Shown here: piece by piece, positions 1 through 5,969 of the stretch
Numbering within the stretch: position 1 is the stretch's first letter
How the letters are laid out: every line of letters starts with the position of its first letter
Source of the DNA: Litorilinea sp.
GTDB lineage: Bacteria > Chloroflexota > Anaerolineae > Caldilineales > Caldilineaceae
Assembly: GCA_040880365.1 (NCBI GenBank)
Contig: JBBDIO010000059.1
Span: 1 to 43,826, forward strand
Direction: 5' to 3'
DNA: 43,826 nt
Notes under the pieces: generated by a model
What the model was told of the DNA's origin: nothing
Database searches by the model: none
The model's input: the letters and a program-made list of their open reading frames with translations, nothing else
Made by a program: the position numbers and the translations under genes

Positions 1-2
1 TG

Positions 3-407
3 GAGATCGAAGCACCCGATCCCCGTGAAATGCTGGAATTTATGCAGACCTATGGCGGTTTCCCTGTGATCGACGGCGAACGGATCGAAGTCAACTTCCG
101 GTCTTCGGCCAATGTGGAGATGAAGTTTGACGACGACAAACTGGAAATCAAAGCCCAACAGGTGGTGTTGCGGATCATGGTGGTAGGACCGTCGGGCATT
201 GTGGCGCAACGGAGCGTGACACTGGATCCCGACAGCCCGCCGCCCGGCTGGGAACGGGGGCGCGGTCCCGAAAATAATCCCGTAGGCAACGGACCTCCGA
301 CCTGGGCCAACAATCGACACGACCGTGATGATGACGATGACGAACGCGGCAACCGGGGTGACCGCCGCGACCGGGATGATGATGATGACGATGACGATGA
401 CGACTAG
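3..407 (+). CDS. hypothetical protein, 5'-truncated at window edge, Asp/Arg-rich C-terminal tail
   Basis: The frame is open from the first bases of the window (EIEAPDPREMLEF...) and stops at 405-407. The last ~35 aa are nearly pure D/R, ending DDDDDDDDDD. I recognise no family. Confidence 0.45.
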   Translation, partial: EIEAPDPREMLEFMQTYGGFPVIDGERIEVNFRSSANVEMKFDDDKLEIKAQQVVLRIMVVGPSGIVAQRSVTLDPDSPPPGWERGRGPENNPVGNGPPTWANNRHDRDDDDDERGNRGDRRDRDDDDDDDDDD

Positions 408-630
408 CGGGTGATTGGGGACGACTGACCGCCCCGGATACGCTCCCAGAGCCGCGCGCCCTGCTGCCCCTGAACAAGTCTAATCCACCCGCTTGTTAAC
501 TTATCCAAGACTTGCTATTCTGACGTCCAACCGGGCGTCAGATGCGCGTCTGGCCTCGCGTCTCGCGCATCGCGCCCGCCGCCCAAGTACCAATCACCCT
601 GGCATACCAGCCTGGCAAGGAAGATTTCCT

Positions 631-675
631 ATGTCTGATTCTACTATGTCTGATTCTACTATGTCTGATTCTACG
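631..675 (+). repeat. 15-bp x3 tandem repeat (ATGTCTGATTCTACT) encoding MSDST-MSDST-MSDST at the N-terminus
   Basis: Copies at 631-645 and 646-660 are identical. The copy at 661-675 differs only at its last base. Each copy starts with an in-frame ATG. Confidence 0.95.
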
Positions 676-1512
676 CCCAAAGCGTTGTTCGAAGATATGA
701 CCTGGCCCGAAGCGCGCCGCGCCGCCGATGACGGTGGGCGCGTTGTGCTTTTGCCCGTGGGCGCAATCGAACAACATGCGCCCCATTTGCCCATCGATGT
801 GGATAACCGCATTGTGGTCTGGCTCTGCAACGAAGCCGCCAAGGCCCGCCCGGATCTGATTTTGAGCGCGCCGCCCATTCACTATGGCTTCAACGCGCAC
901 AATATGGGCTTTCCCGGCACCATTTCGGTGGAAGTGACGAACTTCATCAACTATGTCTACGACGTGTGTAACAGCTTTGTGCGCCAGGGCCACACGCGCA
1001 TCATTCTGCTCAACGGGCACGGCTCCAATGGCATGCCCTGTGCGCTGGTGGCGCGCCAGATTATCAACCGCAGCGCCGACGCGCTGGCCGCCGCCATCAA
1101 TCACTGGGATCTGGCGCGCTCGCTCGCGCCCCAGATCCGCGAAACACCCCTGGGCGGCGCGGCCCACGCCTGTGAATATGAAACGTCGTGGTATCTGCAT
1201 CTGAACCCCGACGGCGCGAAGATGGAATATGCCGCCCCCGACATGATGCCCAAGACCGATTTTCACTGGGGCGATCTGCTGGCAGGCTATGGCCCGGTGC
1301 AGTTTACCGATGACTGGTCGCGCCGCTCCAACGGTTCGGGCGTGGAGGGCGACCCCACCTCTGCCACCGCGGAAAAGGGGCAGCGGTTTGCCGAGGAGGA
1401 ACTGCACAATCTGATACGTTTCTGCGCAGAGTTCAAGGCGCTGCCCCTGCGCCCGCGCCGCGACTATACCGCACGCGGCGAGGATATTAACCCCTATGCC
1501 GACCAACTCTAG
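631..1512 (+). CDS. creatininase-family amidohydrolase
   Basis: Family-typical motifs are present: LLPVGAIEQHAPHLPIDVDN, LLNGHGSN, AHACEYETS. I chose the start at the first ATG of a triple ATG repeat (631/646/661). The ORF-track start at 493 adds a basic, non-conserved leader. The start is therefore uncertain by 15-30 nt. Confidence 0.85.
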   Translation: MSDSTMSDSTMSDSTPKALFEDMTWPEARRAADDGGRVVLLPVGAIEQHAPHLPIDVDNRIVVWLCNEAAKARPDLILSAPPIHYGFNAHNMGFPGTISVEVTNFINYVYDVCNSFVRQGHTRIILLNGHGSNGMPCALVARQIINRSADALAAAINHWDLARSLAPQIRETPLGGAAHACEYETSWYLHLNPDGAKMEYAAPDMMPKTDFHWGDLLAGYGPVQFTDDWSRRSNGSGVEGDPTSATAEKGQRFAEEELHNLIRFCAEFKALPLRPRRDYTARGEDINPYADQL

Positions 1513-2503
1513 ACCGTGGGAAGGGCTGGCGCGGGGTGAGCGTTGGCAGGGACATGTGAATACCGGAGTGGCCGATTTGCCGCCGGTGCCGGTGCTGGCC
1601 GCGCGCGGCCGGCTGGATGGCCCCCGCATTACAGTATTCGGCGCGGTGCACGGCGACGAATATGAAGGCACTGCCGCCATCCACGCGCTGTTCGACGCGC
1701 TGGAACCTGCCGATCTGGATGAGTTGGGCGGGCTGTTGATTGGCGTGCCCGTGGCAAACGGCGCGGCCTGGCAGGCGCGCAGCCGGACCACGCCGCACGA
1801 TGGGCAAGACCTGAACCGCGCCTTTTCCGGTTCGTCTGATGCCATCGGTTCCGCCGATCCCGCCGATCGCCATGCAACGCCCACATCGCAACTGGCCCAC
1901 TTTCTGTTCCAGACCTTTATCGCACCCACCGATGTGATCATCGATCTGCACAGCGGCGGCCTGCGGTTGGTGCATCTGCCCCTGATTGGCTGGGGCACAG
2001 ACCCCCAGGGCACTGCTCCAGACGGGCGGGCCGAGGCATTGGCGCGCATCTTCGGACTGGATTTCTATCCCTGGCAGGTGGGCACGACTGCGGGAGTTTT
2101 GACCCACGAAGCCACGCGCGCGGGCAAAATTGCCATCGGCGCAGAGTGGGGCGGCGGCGCCAGCCTCGATGTGGCAGGGATGGGCGCCTATGCCCACGGG
2201 CTGCGCCGCATCTGGCAGGTTCTCGGCCCCAACGGACCCTGGGAATATGAGAGCGATCCGCGTCCGCCGCTGATTGGCGGCTATGCCACCGCGCCGGTCA
2301 GCGGCATCTTTCACCCTACGGTCACATTGGGCCAGACGGTGACGGCAGGCGCCACGCTGGGCGTGGTCGTGGATGATCTGGGCGCAGAACAGGCCACGCT
2401 CACCAGCGCGCGCGCCGGGCTGGTTGCCGGTCTGGCGCATGTGGGGTATATCGCGGCAGGCGATCCCTATGTATATGTGGGCGCGCAGGAGATAGTGGAA
2501 TAA
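1496..2503 (+). CDS. succinylglutamate desuccinylase/aspartoacylase (AstE/AspA) family zinc deacylase
   Basis: Motifs GAVHGDEYEG, DLNRAF and DLHSGG are present. It overlaps the upstream creatininase-family gene by 17 nt, which suggests translational coupling. Confidence 0.85.
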   Translation: MPTNSRPWEGLARGERWQGHVNTGVADLPPVPVLAARGRLDGPRITVFGAVHGDEYEGTAAIHALFDALEPADLDELGGLLIGVPVANGAAWQARSRTTPHDGQDLNRAFSGSSDAIGSADPADRHATPTSQLAHFLFQTFIAPTDVIIDLHSGGLRLVHLPLIGWGTDPQGTAPDGRAEALARIFGLDFYPWQVGTTAGVLTHEATRAGKIAIGAEWGGGASLDVAGMGAYAHGLRRIWQVLGPNGPWEYESDPRPPLIGGYATAPVSGIFHPTVTLGQTVTAGATLGVVVDDLGAEQATLTSARAGLVAGLAHVGYIAAGDPYVYVGAQEIVE

Positions 2504-2612
2504 CGGGGGATGTGTGACGGGTGACAGGAGTCAATCATGCTGCCCTACACCACCCTCCGCCAAATAACAGAAAAACAACCGTGAAACAATCGCGTATAGA
2601 GGAGATAATCTT

Positions 2613-3266
2613 ATGACCCAGACGTTGACCTTTCTACACACCGCGCCGTCGAATGTGGAGCCGTTTACCCGGCTCGCAGCCGAACTCGCGCCCCATGTGC
2701 AAGTGCGCCACATTGTCGATGAGAGTTTGCTCAACGATGCGCGCGCCCAGGGCGTTACTCCCGAACTGCAAGCGCGTGTAGATGCACAGGTGCAGACCGC
2801 CCTGGACGCAGGCGCAGATCTGGTGCTCTGCACCTGTTCTTCGATTGGCGGGTGCGCCGAGATCAGCGCCACCCACCAGTCTCGCCCCGTGTTGCGCGTG
2901 GATCGGGCGATGGCCCGCGCCGCGGTCGAACAGGGCGAACGCATTTTGGTCTTTGCCACGCTTGCCAGCACATTGGCCCCTACCAAGGCGTTGATTCTGG
3001 ATGAGGCCCAGCGCGCGGGAAAATCCGTCACCCTGACCGATGTCATCTGTGATGCAGCGTGGGCGCGTCTGGAAGCGGGCGATCAGGAAGGCTATCTGGA
3101 TGAGGTGGCCGCGGCGTTGCAGCGCCACGCGGGCGAAGGCGATGTGCTGGTGCTGGCCCAGGCGTCGATGGCGCAAGCCGCAGCCCGCGCCGGGGAGCTG
3201 CCCGTGCCGGTCCTCACCAGCCCCAGCCTGGGTCTCCACGATGCGCTGGCGCGGCTTGCCGTCTAA
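2613..3266 (+). CDS. Asp/Glu/hydantoin-racemase superfamily protein (EutA/arylmalonate-decarboxylase-like)
   Basis: It is about 217 aa with a two-lobed pattern and an LVLCTCSSIGG Cys motif typical of this superfamily. A GGAG Shine-Dalgarno site lies about 9 nt upstream of the ATG. The family assignment is by eye only. Confidence 0.5.
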   Translation: MTQTLTFLHTAPSNVEPFTRLAAELAPHVQVRHIVDESLLNDARAQGVTPELQARVDAQVQTALDAGADLVLCTCSSIGGCAEISATHQSRPVLRVDRAMARAAVEQGERILVFATLASTLAPTKALILDEAQRAGKSVTLTDVICDAAWARLEAGDQEGYLDEVAAALQRHAGEGDVLVLAQASMAQAAARAGELPVPVLTSPSLGLHDALARLAV

Positions 3267-3267
3267 C

Positions 3268-3314
3268 AAAAAAGACAGGCTGCCAGGACATCATGCATCC
3301 TGGCAGCCTGTTTA
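3268..3314. terminator. bidirectional intrinsic terminator between convergent genes
   Basis: A perfect 14-bp stem pairs acaggctgccagga (3275-3288) with tcctggcagcctgt (3298-3311) around a 9-nt loop. It is flanked by an A-run upstream and Ts downstream. Confidence 0.7.
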
Positions 3315-3338
3315 CCTTGTCAGAACCTTGTCAGCTTT

Positions 3339-5363
3339 CTACTTTTCCGCGATGGGAATGTGTAGACGCGTGGGGTCTGGGTCTGGGTCCGGATCTGGGT
3401 CCGGGTCTGGATCGGGATCCGGGTCCGGGTCTGGGTCTGGATCGGGATCCGGGTCCGGGTCCTCCGCCGGTTCAATTTCAATGGTCTCGGTCTCGGTGAT
3501 GCTACCCAGATCATTGCTCACGGTCACGGTCAGCGTCTTGGTGCCGGGCGTGGGCCAAGTGAGCGAGCCTGTCACCCGATAGCTATCCGTGTCGTTAACC
3601 GTAGCAGGGTTCTGGCCCGTGGCTTCGATGAGATAGTCCAGGGGCACGGTCGCGCCCTGAGGCCCGACGTTCACCGTCACCGAGACGGGAACGCCTGCCA
3701 GCGCAGTCATGGGCAGCGTCACCGAGATGATATCCAGCTCCATATACAGCTTGGAGTTGGGGCTGGTGGTGCTCGATCCCAGGTTGCCAATCACATTGGG
3801 ATTTTGCGCAGTGCTCATGGTGCGCAGGCCAAAGCCCGGCTCCAATGGCGCATCGAGTGTGAAGGTAAAATTGCCCGAACTATCGGCGGTGGTTTCGCCC
3901 AGATATTCAAACGCTTCATCGATATCGTCGCTATTATCGAGATAGAAATCGATTAGACAGTTGGGACATTCGCTCACGATAAGCTGACCGGCAAAGGTGC
4001 GCTCGCCATTGGTGCCGGTCACGGTCACGCCGTCGATGCCGGTGATCCGCCCCGGATCAAACAGGCGCAAAGCCTCGCCAGTCTGACCGATATAGTCATA
4101 AATCCGCCCCGGGCCGGTTTCCACCAGGTTGCGACGCACGGTAATGCCCGATGTCGTGCCGCTGAATCCCATCGCCGTGGGGTTGTCATCTTCGAAACTC
4201 ACACCGCTACCGTAGATCACATTGTCCAGCACATCGGTACCCGTGTTGCTAATCTTGATGGCAGAGCCACAGACACCCACTTTGTTATCGGCGTTGTCGA
4301 TGCCGATGATGTTGTCGCGGATCTCGTGATTGTTGCCAAAGCTCTCAATCGCGGTGGGACCTGAATCATTGGGTTGACGCACCAGATCCAGCCCGGCAAT
4401 GCGGTTGCCAATCGCCTGATTATTGCTGCCCGAAAGCGAAATGCCATCGCCGCCAAACCAGAAAGTCTCATCAAAGGTGCCGCCGCTGCACACGAACGGC
4501 GTGGGCACGGTGCCGTCGGCGCGCATCCCGATCAGATTGTTTTCGATGAGGTTGTTGCTGGCGCCGCCTGGCCCGCTATTGATGTTGATGGCGCGCGGTT
4601 GATTGGCGCCCACAATCACATTGTTGCGCACAATGTTGTTATCGCTGCCGAACACAATGATGCCGCCGCCCGCCATGCGGTTGGGTTGCGCCGGCGTGCG
4701 GAAGACCACGGCATCGCCGTCGGCGTTCAGGCCCATCCAGATATTTTCTACAATCGCATCGTGCCCGGCGATAATATCATTGGGATTGCCGTTGTCCTGA
4801 ATGGTCAGGTTGCCGCCACCAAAAAAGCCCAGATTGCGGACTTCCACATCGGGCACAGTAATCACAAAGCTCTCATCGTTGGTATCGATCATCACCTTGG
4901 GGCCGTCGGCAGAATCGCGGCCACCGGGCTGGGTGTCGCCATCCAGAATCACCGAGCCGCCGTCAATGCTGATATCCTTGCGGAAAAGCTCCAATGTTTC
5001 GCTTTGAATCTCGATGGTCCACACGCCATCCACGGCTTCGTCGGCGGGCAAGTTAAATTCGATGGTAATAGGGCGGTCGGCATCGGGCCGTGCCGAAGCC
5101 TCGCGCAATGCGCGCCGCAGCGTACAATCGCCATCGGGCGCGGGATTAAAGAATGCGCCTTCGGAAAAGGTACAGGTTTGGCTGGAGCTGGCAGGGTCGG
5201 GGTCCTGGGTGCTATCCACCACAATGGTGATTTGCGCCTGGGCAACGCTGTAGCCCGCCAGACTGACCGCCACCGCCAGCCCCAGGGCCAACAGCGGCAG
5301 ACAGATGGCCTTATACAGCCAATGTGGTCCAAAAACAGTTCCCGGATTGGGTGGGTGAAGCAT
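3339..5363 (-). CDS. secreted right-handed beta-helix repeat protein with Ig-like domain, (PD)15 linker and short C-terminal tail
   Basis: N-terminal signal/TM segment LPLLALGLAVAVSLAGYSVAQA. A CTLRRALREA motif resembles the CSLREA N-terminal domain. Repeated NNxVxNNxI and xNxIxG coils occur (NNIVRNNVIVG, NNLIENNLIG, NQAIGNRIAG, HEIRDNIIG). The C-terminus reads (DP)n-TRLHIPIAEK. Confidence 0.85.
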   Translation of the reverse strand: MLHPPNPGTVFGPHWLYKAICLPLLALGLAVAVSLAGYSVAQAQITIVVDSTQDPDPASSSQTCTFSEGAFFNPAPDGDCTLRRALREASARPDADRPITIEFNLPADEAVDGVWTIEIQSETLELFRKDISIDGGSVILDGDTQPGGRDSADGPKVMIDTNDESFVITVPDVEVRNLGFFGGGNLTIQDNGNPNDIIAGHDAIVENIWMGLNADGDAVVFRTPAQPNRMAGGGIIVFGSDNNIVRNNVIVGANQPRAININSGPGGASNNLIENNLIGMRADGTVPTPFVCSGGTFDETFWFGGDGISLSGSNNQAIGNRIAGLDLVRQPNDSGPTAIESFGNNHEIRDNIIGIDNADNKVGVCGSAIKISNTGTDVLDNVIYGSGVSFEDDNPTAMGFSGTTSGITVRRNLVETGPGRIYDYIGQTGEALRLFDPGRITGIDGVTVTGTNGERTFAGQLIVSECPNCLIDFYLDNSDDIDEAFEYLGETTADSSGNFTFTLDAPLEPGFGLRTMSTAQNPNVIGNLGSSTTSPNSKLYMELDIISVTLPMTALAGVPVSVTVNVGPQGATVPLDYLIEATGQNPATVNDTDSYRVTGSLTWPTPGTKTLTVTVSNDLGSITETETIEIEPAEDPDPDPDPDPDPDPDPDPDPDPDPDPDPDPTRLHIPIAEK
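3373..3462 (-). repeat. hexanucleotide coding microsatellite (GGKTCY)n encoding about 15 Pro-Asp dipeptides
   Basis: An uninterrupted run of 6-bp units is visible at about 3373-3462. It contains a nested ~30-bp higher-order repeat (gtctggatcgggatccgggtccgg occurs twice). Confidence 0.9.
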
Positions 5364-5385
5364 AAAATTCTCCTAAAATTCTCCT
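5364..5385 (-). promoter_or_regulatory. tandemly duplicated Shine-Dalgarno region (AGGAGAATTTT x2) directly upstream of the ATG at 5363
   Basis: On the plus strand, aaaattctcct occurs at 5364-5374 and again at 5375-5385. On the coding strand this reads AGGAGAATTTT-AGGAGAATTTT-ATG. Confidence 0.8.
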
Positions 5386-5480
5386 GATTGATCTGAATGT
5401 GAATCGAGCCGCGGGACAGTGTGCCCGGCAGTGGGTCAGACAATATACCATACAGTATGAATCTGCACCGTATGAAGCTG

Positions 5481-5506
5481 GGTTAACCTTGCTCGGTTAA
5501 CCTTGC
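5481..5506. promoter_or_regulatory. direct repeat of GGTTAACCTTGC (each copy holds the 8-bp palindrome GGTTAACC); candidate operator
   Basis: Copies lie at 5481-5492 and 5495-5506, about 120-140 nt upstream of the beta-helix gene start. Confidence 0.4.
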
Positions 5507-5557
5507 GGCCTGAATCCACTGTGTGCGCAGTAGCCGCGACACAGAATAAGCGCATAA

Positions 5558-5575
5558 CGTTTAGAAAACGCTCAC
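5558..5575. promoter_or_regulatory. 18-bp element CGTTTAGAAAACGCTCAC, copy 1 (contains palindrome CGTTT-AGA-AAACG)
   Basis: It is an exact 18/18 match to 8069-8086. It lies 195 nt upstream of the start at 5363 and 33 nt downstream of the stop of the 104-aa ORF. Confidence 0.5.
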
Positions 5576-5607
5576 AGCCCCGGAACAAAACCTGGTAAAC
5601 GCGCAGT

Positions 5608-5922
5608 TTATGGCCCACGGTCGAGCGTGGGCAGGAATATGGAGGGCGCGCCGGGATCCACTGCGGCACGCAACGGCGCAAAGAAGCCGCCATAGAGCCG
5701 ATAGCCGCCGCCCAGATGAAGCCCCGCATCGGGTTGACCTGTCACCCCGCGCAGGATATAGCTGCTGCTCTGCCCGCGGCCCCCACCCCCGTCGATGGTA
5801 TAGCTCACAACCCGATAGCCCTGGGCCAGTGCCGGAGTCGCGCCCCCGTGCGCAAGCGCCAGCAGGATTGCCACGCCCAGCGCCATCCAACCCCGTGTGC
5901 GCCTTTCAGATGTGTTTTGCAT
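5608..5922 (-). CDS. small secreted protein (104 aa) with duplicated S-Y-x-L-x-G ... GGFF module and IFLPTLDRGP tail
   Basis: Signal peptide WMALGVAILLALAHGGATPALAQG. GAGGAG Shine-Dalgarno site 3-5 nt upstream. It lies 47 nt downstream of the collagen-like gene on the same strand. Its C-terminal tail matches three other secreted proteins in the window. Competing overlapping ORFs have no such features. Confidence 0.7.
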   Translation of the reverse strand: MQNTSERRTRGWMALGVAILLALAHGGATPALAQGYRVVSYTIDGGGGRGQSSSYILRGVTGQPDAGLHLGGGYRLYGGFFAPLRAAVDPGAPSIFLPTLDRGP

Positions 5923-5969
5923 AAACTCCTCACTCTCTGCGGATTAGGTCGCCCAGAAGATCCTGCCCG

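Noticed and set aside
538-2049. 503-aa ORF on the minus strand, antisense to the creatininase-family and AstE-family genes
   Set aside because: It is a typical GC-rich shadow ORF. The product is Arg/Ala/Gly/Pro-rich with no motifs, and the plus-strand genes have clear family signatures. The same reasoning applies to 1487-2440, 2634-3269, 4374-5387, 8331-9536, 13990-15150, 16240-17286, 19153-20118, 21902-22855, 25743-27002, 32686-33828, 34027-35016 and 40577-41212.
3040-3582. 180-aa plus-strand ORF with a (GS)n run, and the ORFs at 3293-3499 and 3320-3514
   Set aside because: They are alternative-frame or alternative-strand readings of the (PD)n hexanucleotide repeat and run through the bidirectional terminator. 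They are not independent genes.
5611-5643. Classifying the shared C-terminal tail as IPTL-CTERM, PEP-CTERM or LPXTG
   Set aside because: Those signals consist of a motif followed by a hydrophobic helix and a basic cluster. Here the protein ends 2-4 residues after the motif with no helix, so the known classes do not fit.
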